Shown: positions 37,214-46,608 of the stretch, piece by piece | Position numbering within the stretch: the stretch's first letter is position 1 | Layout of the letters: every line of letters begins with the position of its first letter | Assembly (NCBI GenBank): GCA_016176685.1 | Contig: JACOWS010000002.1 | Coordinates: 30,608 to 94,607, forward strand | Length of the DNA stretch: 64,000 nt | Source of the DNA: Patescibacteria group bacterium | GTDB taxonomy: Bacteria; Patescibacteriota; Minisyncoccia; Phycocordibacterales; SBAW01 | Direction: 5' to 3' | Program-made: the position numbers and the translations under genes | Notes under the pieces: generated by a model | What the model saw: only the letters and a program-made list of their open reading frames with translations | Told to the model about the DNA's origin: nothing | Databases searched by the model: none

Positions 37214-38230
37214 TTAGAGCGGCGATTTTTCTATACCTCGCAGCTTGGCGCTGCGCGCGGAAGGGTTTTTAACGCTCTCTTCGCGTGCCGGTGTGAGCGG
37301 TTTTTTCGACAGTAAACGACCGCCTTCTTTTACAAATCCGGCAAACAGGTGTTTGACCAGCCTATCTTCTATACTGTGGAAGGTAATAACCGCCATGCGT
37401 CCGCCCTGTGGAAGTAAGTTCCACACAGCCGTAAGCCCCGCCCCAAGCGCACCGAGCTCGTCGTTGACCGCGATGCGCAGTGCTTGAAAAGTTTTCGTCG
37501 CCGGATGTATGCGCCCGTGGCGATACATTGCCGGTACGGCGTCCTGCACCACTTCAACCAACTCCACGCTGGTCTCAAATGGTTTTCGGGATCTTCGCTC
37601 TACCACGGCGCGCGCAATCCTGCGTGCAAAACGCTCCTCGCCGTAACCAAAGAAAACGTCGGCCAGCACCTTTTCGCTCCAGGAGTTGAGAATCTGTGCC
37701 GCACTAAAGCCCGAGCGCGGGGTACTGCCATATACCATGGAAAGCGGCTCATCGTGGAGGAAGGAAAAACCCCGGCCGCTTTTGAGCTGGCCCCGGTTCC
37801 ATCCCAGGTCAAAGACCGCTTTGTCGAGCGTTTCTACCCCGGCATGTTTAAGCAGTGCGCCGACGTCGGCAAAATTGCCTTCTATAATGCTTGCCCGCTT
37901 CTTAAAGGGCGCGAGACGCTTTGCGGTCGCGGCTACTGCGGCTTGGTCCGCATCCAGCGCAATAAGTTTGCTCCCGGCGGCCGCCCGCAAAAGCGCTTCG
38001 CTGTGGCCGCCTTCCCCTGCGGTTGCATCAAACAAAAGCTCCCCTTTTTGGGGGGAAAGAAAGTCAACCACCTCGCGCACCATCACGCTCTTGTGGACAC
38101 GCTCTGACTCCTGCCCGCCCCGCGGTTCGCGGCCACTATCGCCCTCCTCTCGAGTGGAGCGAAACTGTGCACGAACCCCAAGCGCCCCAAGGCGGGGCAC
38201 GCGGCGGGCAAGAGTCAAAGAATATATCAT
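37214..38230 (-). CDS. rsmH: 16S rRNA (cytosine1402-N4)-methyltransferase RsmH (MraW); start uncertain
   Basis: 'HKSVMVREVVDFLSPQKGELLFDATAGEGGHSEALL' N-terminal signature. The first in-frame ATG after mraZ gives a 45-aa basic extension, so the true start may be internal. Confidence 0.8.
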   Translation of the reverse strand: MIYSLTLARRVPRLGALGVRAQFRSTREEGDSGREPRGGQESERVHKSVMVREVVDFLSPQKGELLFDATAGEGGHSEALLRAAAGSKLIALDADQAAVAATAKRLAPFKKRASIIEGNFADVGALLKHAGVETLDKAVFDLGWNRGQLKSGRGFSFLHDEPLSMVYGSTPRSGFSAAQILNSWSEKVLADVFFGYGEERFARRIARAVVERRSRKPFETSVELVEVVQDAVPAMYRHGRIHPATKTFQALRIAVNDELGALGAGLTAVWNLLPQGGRMAVITFHSIEDRLVKHLFAGFVKEGGRLLSKKPLTPAREESVKNPSARSAKLRGIEKSPL

Positions 38231-38265
38231 ACGTAAATTTTGAATGAACCTACATTGACAAAGAA

Positions 38266-38703
38266 CTACAGCACTCCCATGTCGCCCAAGGTCTGCGCCA
38301 TCCCCTCGGCATCGTGCTCGATGCGATGCTTGTACTCCTCCCAGGTTTTGTCGCTCCATATCTCAACCCGGTCGGAAACGCCCGCAAGCACGACCCTGCT
38401 TTGCAACCCGGCAAATTCCTTCAAAAACTCCGGAATAAGGATCCGCCCCGTGCGGTCTACCTCCATCTCGACCGCACCGGAAAGGAGAAATCTGCTCATC
38501 CCCCGGGTGTTTGCCTGGCCAAACGGCAGCTCCTCAAGCTTGCCTGCTATCTCTTTCCACGTCCGCTCCGGGAACATGAAGAGGCAGGTGTCGAGTCCGC
38601 GGGTAATGACGACTTTTTTCCCTATTTCCTTGCGGAACTTCGCGGGAAGAGAGAGGCGTTTTTTGGAATCCAGCGTGTGTATATATTCTCCAATCAACAT
38701 CAT
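38266..38703 (-). CDS. mraZ: Transcriptional regulator MraZ
   Basis: 'MMLIGEYIHTLDSKKRLSLPAKFR' and tandem SpoVT/AbrB-like halves. Confidence 0.9.
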   Translation of the reverse strand: MMLIGEYIHTLDSKKRLSLPAKFRKEIGKKVVITRGLDTCLFMFPERTWKEIAGKLEELPFGQANTRGMSRFLLSGAVEMEVDRTGRILIPEFLKEFAGLQSRVVLAGVSDRVEIWSDKTWEEYKHRIEHDAEGMAQTLGDMGVL

Positions 38704-38752
38704 CCCACTCTATCCCACTAATGTAGGATTGTATAGCACTTTTACCCACCTT
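38704..38752 (-). promoter_or_regulatory. Candidate MraZ operator: GTGGGAT direct repeats at 10-bp spacing (plus-strand atcccac at 38704-38710 and 38714-38720; a third GGTGGGT at 38744-38750)
   Basis: MraZ is known to bind GTG[G/T]G direct repeats upstream of mraZ. Here the repeats abut the start codon, which is atypical. Confidence 0.4.
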
Positions 38753-38774
38753 TCCTACACACTTTATCCACATC

Positions 38775-38803
38775 TTGACAAATACATAATATAGGTATAT
38801 AAT
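38775..38803 (+). promoter_or_regulatory. Perfect consensus sigma70 promoter (TTGACA-17 nt-TATAAT) driving the 85-aa ORF divergently from mraZ
   Basis: TTGACA at 38775-38780 and TATAAT at 38798-38803; AAAGGAG Shine-Dalgarno upstream of the ATG at 38869. Confidence 0.65.
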
Positions 38804-38868
38804 TAATATTAGAAGAATCAAAAAAATAAAAAACGGGGAGGCGTTCGCCTCATCAAAGGAGTACAGAG

Positions 38869-39126
38869 ATGAACACTTCAAACCCCTTCGACTTCAAAAG
38901 AATTCGAGGGGAAATAAGGGACATCGCCGACGCTGCGGCGCAGCGTCGGCGAAAGGGCTTGAGGGTTATTGCCCTCTCCCTTCTGGCGGCGCTGGCCGCA
39001 ATGCTCGTCGCAGTCGCAGCGAGCATCCAGACCTTGCCCAGGGCAGGGTTGGACTACGAGGGCATCAAGGTCCTCTCGGAACGGGCTGCGTTTGAGCAGC
39101 TCGTCGCGGATGCCAGCCGCCAGTGA
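38869..39126 (+). CDS. Small hypothetical membrane protein (85 aa)
   Basis: Strong promoter, Shine-Dalgarno and a downstream intrinsic terminator; one TM helix (LRVIALSLLAALAAMLVAVAASI). Confidence 0.6.
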   Translation: MNTSNPFDFKRIRGEIRDIADAAAQRRRKGLRVIALSLLAALAAMLVAVAASIQTLPRAGLDYEGIKVLSERAAFEQLVADASRQ

Positions 39127-39132
39127 GTTTAG

Positions 39133-39172
39133 GGGTCGTCTGCGTTTGAGCAGACGACCCCATTTATTTTTG
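39133..39172 (+). terminator. Rho-independent terminator (ggggtcgtctgc...cagacgacccc followed by a T-tract)
   Basis: 12-bp perfect stem followed by ATTTATTTTT. Confidence 0.75.
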
Positions 39173-39272
39173 CTTACTTTTTACGAATTACACCAACCAC
39201 ACCTTACCATCTATGCCGCTATAGCATTAGTTATGGTAAAATATATTTTAATAATAAACTCTGTACGCAATT

Positions 39273-40933
39273 CTACAAAAGTATCTCGACTAGTCGGCTT
39301 AATACAAAGTCGCGTTCCAGTGCGGAAAGGAACCACCCGGCTTGCGGACCGTGCGTTTTGCCGAGGAAAGCCAGGTAGATTGCTTTAAACAGCTCCGCCG
39401 GGGCTATGCCCTGCCCTTCCTTTATTTCATGCAGTTTTTTGTGCAAGTCATCACCGCTTGGCATCTGCGGCGACACTTCTATATATCGAAGTAGCTCGCC
39501 GAGAGCTTTTTTCTGCGCGTCGCTTAAACTGTTAGCTGCGTCCGGGAGCGTTTTCTGCAGTTCATAGACAAACCTCTCCGGCGCATATTGTGCGAGCCAT
39601 TTTTTTGCATACGAGGCGCGCTCCTTGAGCTCTGTTTTATCCTCTGCGGTGAGCGCACCGCCTTTTATTTTTTCCACCTCCACTTCCACCTTAAGGTGCG
39701 GCATCTGCACGATGAAGGCCACTTGCGAAAACCGCGGGAGAAAGACCGGTGGCGGAATCCGCCGGAGAAATGGTCTGGCCTCGCCTTGCCCGCCAGGAGA
39801 TTGCGGGCGAGCGAGGAGACCCGAGGACCTTTCTCCGGCGGATTCCGCCGTAGGTTCAAACAAATATGAAAACAACCGCGCGTAGTCGTCTTTGACGCCG
39901 GCCCAATAGCTCAAGGCGAGTTTGTCGTACTGGTCGTAGAGCACCGGTATGGTATCGCCCTCGGGGTCGAAATTTATTTGCTGGTTGATGTCGCGGCCCA
40001 GCAGTGCCAAACGGAAAATCTTTGTGGGTACCAGGTCTGAAATTTCTTTAGCACTGCTCCCCCTCCCTTTGCTTGACGACATCTTTTTGCCGCCCGCGAG
40101 CAAAAACTCGTAGGGGATGTCAAACGGCGGCTCGTAGTTGAAGACTTCTTTGGAAATATGGTTGGCCACGTCGCGCGAGCCGCCGCGCGTCGAGTGGTCT
40201 TTGCCCGCGCCCTCTACCAAAACTCCGCCCACCTTCCACTTTGCGGCCCACTCAACCTTCCACGGCAACTTGGCTTTACCGCCAAACGGGGAAACTCTGC
40301 CCGCAAATCCGCATCCTTTTGTATATTCAACCTTATCTTCTCTGCAGAGGACGGCCACTGTTTTGCCATCGAAGTCGCTTGCTTCTGTGGTTGCTATCTT
40401 TCCGCACCCCGGGCACACTACGGAGAGCGGGAGCCACTCCCCTTCTTTTTGCGAGCCGGAAACTTCTTTATATATAGTGCGGATTTTTTCGGCATTCTTG
40501 AGCGCCCCGGTAATAGCCCCGTCCATGCGGCCAGAAAGATATAGGTCGCTTGCCCACGAGTATTCTGGGGTAAACCCCGCATGCGCTATGGCTTTCTTAA
40601 AGTCGTCGGCAAAGTACTCGGCAAAGTTTAGGGCGCTGGGCTCTGGTGATGGCACGTTTTTAAGCGGCATTCCCAAATAGTGCTCAAATTGTTCGCGCGG
40701 GAGGTAGGCGGGGATGTCATCCATCGGGTCAAAGTCGTTCATCTCAAAGCGAAATACGTTCGGGACTTTTGCTCCGCGAGTATCTTGGCCACCGCGCCGT
40801 GTATTGCCACCCCGCGCATAGAACCTATGTGTACGCGGCCGGAGACCGTCTTTTCGTCGCGTACGACAATGGTACCCTTCCGGCCCTTGTAGCGCTCGAC
40901 TATCTCCCCCGCTATCCGCTCTGCCCAAAACAT
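39273..40933 (-). CDS. lysK: Class I lysyl-tRNA synthetase (LysK type) with an apparent single-base frameshift near 40765-40768
   Basis: Frame A (40933 to about 40766) encodes 'MFWAERIAGEIV...SGRVHIGSMRGVAIHGAVAKILAEQK' (HIGH region). Frame B continues 'VPNVFRFEMNDFDPMDD...CPGCGK...KMSSSKG' and matches archaeal-type LysRS throughout. The junction lies in an A4 run on the coding strand (TTTT on plus) that would need to be A5. Confidence 0.8.
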
Positions 40934-40942
40934 GGGCTTATT

Positions 40943-41410
40943 CTACTCTACTTTCAAAATTTTGTATTTGTTGGTGCCTTTGGGAGTATGGAAGGAAAAT
41001 TCGTCCCCCCTTTTTTTACCCATGAGCGCCGCGCCCAAGGGCGAGTGGTAGGAAATTTTACCCTCAAACATGTTTGTCTCCTCGGAGCCGACAATGGTGT
41101 AGGTGCGCTTCTCCTCACTGCCTTTTGCGGCAGTGGGCTGCACGGTAACCATAGAGCTCATGCCGACGGTTTCGCTTTTACTGCCCTGCACTATCTTTGC
41201 ATTCTTAAGCATCGCCTCGAGTTTGCTGATGCGCTCCTCCACCGCCGCCTGCATCTCGCGCGCCTCTTGGTACTCGGCGTTTTCCGACAGGTCGCCGAGC
41301 GAGCGGGCGTATTCCAACTGCTCGGCAATTTCTTTGCGGCGCGTGGTACGCAGTTGGTCGAGTTCGCGGGTTAATTCCTCGAACTTCTCTTTAGAAAATA
41401 ATTCTTCTCC
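40943..41410 (-). CDS. greA: Transcription elongation factor GreA
   Basis: 'LTRELDQLRTTRRKEIAEQLEYARSLGDLSENAEY...' plus a C-terminal FKBP-like domain; start at MGEELF. Confidence 0.9.
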   Translation of the reverse strand, partial: GEELFSKEKFEELTRELDQLRTTRRKEIAEQLEYARSLGDLSENAEYQEAREMQAAVEERISKLEAMLKNAKIVQGSKSETVGMSSMVTVQPTAAKGSEEKRTYTIVGSEETNMFEGKISYHSPLGAALMGKKRGDEFSFHTPKGTNKYKILKVE

Positions 41411-41451
41411 CATAGCTATGCCGAAGTAGTGTAACGGAGTGAGCAGTAAAG

Positions 41452-43155
41452 TCAAGGAAGAACTTCCAGGTACTGCGGTGCGTTGGCATTGAGCCAGTCT
41501 AGGAATGCGCGAACAGCGGCCGAGGCGCCCACGGCGGTGCCCGCGGGGCCGCGCTCCAAAACCACTGCATACGCATAACGCGGATGTTCGTACGGGAAAA
41601 ATCCTATCATCCAGGAGTTCATGTACTCATTCTTGACTCCCACCTGCGCAGTGCCGGTTTTTGCCGCTACCGAAACATAGGGAGTATTGACCGCACTTGC
41701 AATTCCTTCGGTGACCCCAAGCCGCATACCTTCGCGCGCCACTTGCATCGCCTCGCTTGAGGCGCCGACTCTGCGCGAATACGGGGTCGAGCTTGCCACA
41801 ATAGTGGGTGTGAGCAGATGTCCATCGTTTGCAAGAGCCGCGGTGGCGCGCACGGCCTGCAGAGGAGTGGTTTGCATGCCATACTGCCCTATTGCGGTGT
41901 GATACGTGTTGCCGATGCGCCACGGGTCGCCGGGGAAGGTTGCCTCCTTCCATGCCGGCGAGGGGATGGCTCCCGCTTGGCTGCTAAAACCTAGGAGTCC
42001 TGCATCCTCGCCGAACCCAAACGCCCTTAACCACTGGCCGAGCCGGTCTATGCCTAACCCGGGCTGGCCTTCAAACCCGCCGCCCACTTCGTAAAAATAT
42101 ATGTCGGAGGAAACGGCGATAGCGCGGCGCATGTCGGCCCAGCCGTTTACGCGCCAATCTTTAAACACGGTGGGGTGCGCCTCATCGTATGGGTTGGGAA
42201 TGCTAATCGAGCCGGTGGAGAGTATTTGCTTGTGCTCGTCTATTACTCCCTCATCAAGCGCCGCGACGCCGACAAACGGCTTCACAATTGAGCCGGGTGC
42301 ATAGAGACCGTCGACCACGCGATTAAGAAACGGTTCTCTCTTGTCCTCCGTGAGCATTGCGAGCGCTTCGGCGCTTCCCTCCGACAGAGTTTGGGAAGTA
42401 TATTCCGGGTAGCTCGTGAGCGCCAGCAACTCGCCGGTATCTACGTCCATCAACACCCCGGCCCCGGCTTGGAAATGAGAGCCGGAGACGCGCGCGGCTA
42501 TGGCATCATATAGCCCCTGGGTGACGCCCGCGTCTATGGAAAGTTGTAGAGTGCTTCCGGCGATAGGAGGATCCTCGGCGCTTTGGGAAACGATAGTGCC
42601 GCGTGCGTCCGTTTCGGTAAGTATGCGGCCATTTTTTCCGCTTAATATGCCGTCAAACACGCGCTCCGCGCCATCTATGCCGACAAAAGAGGTCTGATAG
42701 TACACGCCGGAGGCATCCTTTGCCGGCGGCTTGGTATACCCCACCATATGGGCAACCCCTCGATAAGCACTGTAGGCGCGCACTACCGCCCCCGCGCCAG
42801 AGGCTGTGGTGCTTGCGGCGCGCACATTATTGTAGGCAAGTTCCACCCCCGCGCGGTCTTTGAGCGCGCCGCGGTCGGCAAACAGCAGTTGCTCGGTCAA
42901 CTGATTTTCGGCGGCTTGTGTGGCATATGCAATACCGTTGGTAAACATGAGGTTCCACGCGCGCGTGCCAAAGGCAAAAAAGAGCAGGGCCACAACCCCC
43001 CCCACAACCGCAAGAGTCTGCCGGCGGATAGGTTTCTCCAGCCGACCCTCAAAATGCAGCGTGTCGTACGCGGGTAGATTTGAGGAGTCTAGAAATATTT
43101 CGTCCGGCGCTATCTCCTGACTCCTACGCTTTGCGGAGTGCCTAAACCAAGCCAT
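41452..43155 (-). CDS. mrdA: Penicillin-binding protein 2 (MrdA, class B transpeptidase)
   Basis: SxxK 'SIVKP', KTG 'KTGTAQV'; lies upstream of mreD/mreC/mreB on the same strand. Confidence 0.85.
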   Translation of the reverse strand: MAWFRHSAKRRSQEIAPDEIFLDSSNLPAYDTLHFEGRLEKPIRRQTLAVVGGVVALLFFAFGTRAWNLMFTNGIAYATQAAENQLTEQLLFADRGALKDRAGVELAYNNVRAASTTASGAGAVVRAYSAYRGVAHMVGYTKPPAKDASGVYYQTSFVGIDGAERVFDGILSGKNGRILTETDARGTIVSQSAEDPPIAGSTLQLSIDAGVTQGLYDAIAARVSGSHFQAGAGVLMDVDTGELLALTSYPEYTSQTLSEGSAEALAMLTEDKREPFLNRVVDGLYAPGSIVKPFVGVAALDEGVIDEHKQILSTGSISIPNPYDEAHPTVFKDWRVNGWADMRRAIAVSSDIYFYEVGGGFEGQPGLGIDRLGQWLRAFGFGEDAGLLGFSSQAGAIPSPAWKEATFPGDPWRIGNTYHTAIGQYGMQTTPLQAVRATAALANDGHLLTPTIVASSTPYSRRVGASSEAMQVAREGMRLGVTEGIASAVNTPYVSVAAKTGTAQVGVKNEYMNSWMIGFFPYEHPRYAYAVVLERGPAGTAVGASAAVRAFLDWLNANAPQYLEVLP

Positions 43156-43161
43156 AACGCC

Positions 43162-43455
43162 CTAGTATAGCGTTTCCGACTGCATTCTGCCTAAAAGGTA
43201 GCGTTTGGCGAGCGCGCGGCCGAGCATCGCGGCAAGCGCGATAATCGTAAAAGGAAACCATACAAAGTGCGGCGCGCCCATGGGCGCGCCGTAGGCAATA
43301 TCAAACAAAAGACCCATCGCTATGGCAAACAAGTACCGGCCCGAGAGTCCCGCAAGCAGTATGCCGAGTGCCGAGAGCGGCCACAAAGGGAGCAAAAAGC
43401 CGAGTGCGGCGAGGAGGAAGCTGGCGGCGAGGAGGAGGCGGGTTTTGTTCATCAT
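43162..43455 (-). CDS. mreD: Rod shape-determining protein MreD-like
   Basis: 97-aa multi-TM protein immediately downstream of mreC. Confidence 0.55.
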   Translation of the reverse strand: MMNKTRLLLAASFLLAALGFLLPLWPLSALGILLAGLSGRYLFAIAMGLLFDIAYGAPMGAPHFVWFPFTIIALAAMLGRALAKRYLLGRMQSETLY

Positions 43456-44264
43456 AATGCTGTTTGCGGACGCACCTCTACATACTGTAATCCAAACAAA
43501 TTAACCGGCAACGACATAGAAAGCGTTAAAAACGAACCGCCTTCGGTTGGAGTTACGCTCACCACCGCGGCGGCAAATGATGGGGCAATGCCCGGGAATA
43601 GTACCGCATCGCCCACGCGTACTACGGTGCCGGACGGCACGTCGCCCGCAAGCGACCCGCCGCCCATGCCGGCAACAGTAAGCGGCACGGTGCCGTCTTG
43701 TGTTTTGAGCAACGCGTCGTACGACTCACCCGGTGCGGAGAGCAGGACCACGCGCGCGGCGTGCGGGTATACCTGCGACACTTTCCCTACTATGACCGAA
43801 CCGCCGGCAAACACCGGCGCCCCCGCCACGACCCCCTCTATACTCCCCGCATCTATAAAGAGCGTGTCGTATGGCACCCCGGGGGGCGCGAGCAGTACGG
43901 CGGCAAGTATGCTTGCCGTGCTCGCCTCCCTGCCAAGGCGGCGTTTTAGGTCGCTGTTTTCAAGGTATAGCAGGTTGCGGTCGAGGAGCAGTATGCTTGA
44001 TGAAGCGAGGGCGGCGCGCAGGGCATCATTCTCCGCAACCAGGGCGGTTTTTGATGCAAATGGCGTTGCTATAGAACTAAACACGCCCGCGGAGAATGTC
44101 CGTGTTTCGAGTACCGGAGTAGCAACGCTCCACAGCACGATTGAGAGTTGCTCTCGCCAGAGCGCCGCCATGGCGAACAGCGCTATACAAAGAACCAAAA
44201 ACACTACGGTGCGAGGAGACCCAAAGCGCCGGCCGTGACGCCGGCTAGGAGAAATCGTCGTCAT
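43452..44264 (-). CDS. mreC: Rod shape-determining protein MreC
   Basis: N-terminal TM helix, coiled-coil and C-terminal beta domain 'GGSLAGDVPSGTVVRVGDAVLF'. Confidence 0.8.
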   Translation of the reverse strand: MTTISPSRRHGRRFGSPRTVVFLVLCIALFAMAALWREQLSIVLWSVATPVLETRTFSAGVFSSIATPFASKTALVAENDALRAALASSSILLLDRNLLYLENSDLKRRLGREASTASILAAVLLAPPGVPYDTLFIDAGSIEGVVAGAPVFAGGSVIVGKVSQVYPHAARVVLLSAPGESYDALLKTQDGTVPLTVAGMGGGSLAGDVPSGTVVRVGDAVLFPGIAPSFAAAVVSVTPTEGGSFLTLSMSLPVNLFGLQYVEVRPQTAL

Positions 44265-45312
44265 ACTCTAAAAATACATCCCGGTAGGCGTCAAGGTTTT
44301 CCAAAATAACACCGGTGCCGCGCGCCACGGCGGTCAAGGGGTCGTCGGCAACCACCACCGGGACCTTGAGCCATTGCGAGAGCAGTTGGTCGAGCCCTTT
44401 AAATAGCGCTCCCCCGCCGACAAGCACTATACCCTGCCGCATTATGTCGGAGAGGATTTCGGGCGGCGTAGTTTCAAGCACCTCGCGGATAGTTTCAACC
44501 AGCGTGTCCATAGACTGCGAGACGGCCTCGCGGATGTCGGAGTCGGTTATTATAACCTCGCGAGGGAGCCCGGTTATAAGGTCGCGGCCGCGCACCACCG
44601 CCTCGAGGTGCCCGCCACCTTCTGTGACAGAGCCGATAGCAACTTTAACGTTCTCGGCGGTCTTTTCGCCTATCAAAATCTTAAATTCAGAACGTAGGTG
44701 AGAGATGATGTCTTGGTCGAGCTTGTCGCCCGCTATTCTAAGATTTTTTGAGCGCACGACTCCGCCGAGAGAGAGAACGGCAATGTCCGTGTTGCCGCCG
44801 CCAATGTCGACTATCATGCTCCCCATAGCCTCGCGTATGGGGAGGCGCGTGCCGATTGCCGCGGCCATCGGCTCTTCGACAATGTAAACTTCTCGGGCTC
44901 CGGCGTTGCGCGTCGCGTCTTTAACCGCGCGTATCTCTACATTGGTGATGCCGCTTGGCACGCCTATCACCACGCGCGGGCCCAATAGTTTGCGCGCGGT
45001 ACCTGCCGGCGAGCTCTGCGCGCGGTTTATAAGGTACGCAAGCATCTCTTCGGTCGCCTCAAAGTCCGACACCACACCCTCTACCAATGGGCGCACGGCG
45101 GCCAAGTGCCCGGGGGTCCTTCCGAGCATTGCTTTGGCAACACTCCCCACCGCCACCACCTGGCCGGTTTTTTGGTTGACCGCCACTACCGAGGGCTCGG
45201 TCACCACGATGCCCTTGCCGCGCAAATATACCAGCGTGTTTGCCGTGCCAAGGTCTATCCCGAGGTCGTTGGAAAAAATCGGAAACACTCGGTTTGTAAT
45301 CAGTTTAAACAT
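44245..45312 (-). CDS. mreB: Rod shape-determining protein MreB (paralog 1)
   Basis: 'LGIDLGTANTLVY...' actin-fold motifs; start at MFKLI. Confidence 0.9.
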   Translation of the reverse strand: MFKLITNRVFPIFSNDLGIDLGTANTLVYLRGKGIVVTEPSVVAVNQKTGQVVAVGSVAKAMLGRTPGHLAAVRPLVEGVVSDFEATEEMLAYLINRAQSSPAGTARKLLGPRVVIGVPSGITNVEIRAVKDATRNAGAREVYIVEEPMAAAIGTRLPIREAMGSMIVDIGGGNTDIAVLSLGGVVRSKNLRIAGDKLDQDIISHLRSEFKILIGEKTAENVKVAIGSVTEGGGHLEAVVRGRDLITGLPREVIITDSDIREAVSQSMDTLVETIREVLETTPPEILSDIMRQGIVLVGGGALFKGLDQLLSQWLKVPVVVADDPLTAVARGTGVILENLDAYRDVFLEYDDDFS

Positions 45313-46561
45313 GGGTAAGGCGCGTCTGCAGTTCTGAAATGGAGAGATGCTGAGTTTTGCCGCCCTTGCGCTCGGTACACTCAAACGCTCCTTCGGACAG
45401 CGTCTTTTCCGACACCACCACTCTAAGAGGAACGCCCAAAAGGTCGCTGTCGGAAAACTTTTCCCCCGCGCGCAAGTCGCGGTCGTCCCACAACACCTCT
45501 ATGCCGGCCTCGGTCAGCGTGCGATACAGCTCGCCGGCTTCTGCGGACACTTCCTTGTTGCCGCCGGAGAGCTCAACCAGGTGTACGGCAAACGGAGCGA
45601 TGGACTCGGGCCATACCATGCCCTTTTCGTCGCAGAGTAGTTCCACCACGGTGCCCATGGCGCGCGCCGGGCCGATACCGTAGGAGCCCATGACAACCGG
45701 CACAGACTCGCCCGCCTCGTTTTTATAGGTAAGCCCCAAGGGAGCCGAGTACTTGGTGCCAAGCGGAAAAATGTTGCCGACCTCTATTGACTTCGCCTCG
45801 CGCAGATAGGTCTTGTCGAGGCCTAGCGAGTCGAGCGTCTCGTCGTTGTATACCTCTTTGTTGACGGCAATATGCCGTCGCTCGTCTATATATATGGTGT
45901 CCTCGCCGGCATCCGACACGGTTTGGAACTCATCGCTAAACTTGCTGAACGAGCCGCCTGACGCAAAGGTGCGGAAGGTTTTGTCTCCGATCCCAAGCCT
46001 GTTAAAAATCCGTACATATGCCTCCGCACACTGCTCGTAAAACTCGCGGAACTCCTCTTGCGTTTTGCTGAATGAGTACAGGTCCTTCATGATAAACTCG
46101 CGGGTGCGCATGATGCCGCTCTTGGCCCGTAGCTCGTTGCGGAACTTGGTTTGGAACTGGTACACGTAGCGGGGCAGGTCTTTGTGGGAGGAGATGTGCT
46201 GGGTTAGAAGCCGCGTCAATGGCTCTTCGTGCGTGTTGGCAAATCCCACCTCTCCGCCCGCCTTAAGCTCCGACTTAAACCATATATCCACCACCTCGTC
46301 ATTCCACCGGCCGGAGACCTTCCACACCTCGGGCTCTTGGAGTGCGGTCATCGAAATTTCCTGCCCGCCGATGGCGTTCATCTCCCCGCGGATTACCGCC
46401 ATTATGTTGTTAAGTACCCGGAGCCCCAGCGGCAAAAAAGTGTAAGCCCCGGCCATCTCTTTGTGGATGTATCCGGCGCGTATTAGCAGCTGTGCGTTTT
46501 TAGAAACCTCGTCTTTTGGCGCCTCGCGGCGCGTCTTGGTAAACAATTGCGATTGGCGCAT
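45305..46561 (-). CDS. proS: Prolyl-tRNA synthetase
   Basis: Class II motifs; 'MRQSQLFTKTRREAPKDEVSKNAQLLIRAGYI' N-terminus; anticodon-binding C-terminal domain. Confidence 0.85.
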   Translation of the reverse strand: MRQSQLFTKTRREAPKDEVSKNAQLLIRAGYIHKEMAGAYTFLPLGLRVLNNIMAVIRGEMNAIGGQEISMTALQEPEVWKVSGRWNDEVVDIWFKSELKAGGEVGFANTHEEPLTRLLTQHISSHKDLPRYVYQFQTKFRNELRAKSGIMRTREFIMKDLYSFSKTQEEFREFYEQCAEAYVRIFNRLGIGDKTFRTFASGGSFSKFSDEFQTVSDAGEDTIYIDERRHIAVNKEVYNDETLDSLGLDKTYLREAKSIEVGNIFPLGTKYSAPLGLTYKNEAGESVPVVMGSYGIGPARAMGTVVELLCDEKGMVWPESIAPFAVHLVELSGGNKEVSAEAGELYRTLTEAGIEVLWDDRDLRAGEKFSDSDLLGVPLRVVVSEKTLSEGAFECTERKGGKTQHLSISELQTRLTHV

Positions 46562-46608
46562 ATGAGAGCCATTGTACGGCGAAACGGCAGGGGAAGCAAA
46601 AAGAGAAA

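Noticed and set aside
33803-38247. Numerous plus-strand ORFs (60-200 aa) antisense to murF, ftsI, rsmH (e.g. 33805-34116, 35200-35763, 37686-38243)
   Set aside because: All lie opposite strongly supported dcw-cluster genes and have Arg/Ala/Ser-rich antisense composition.
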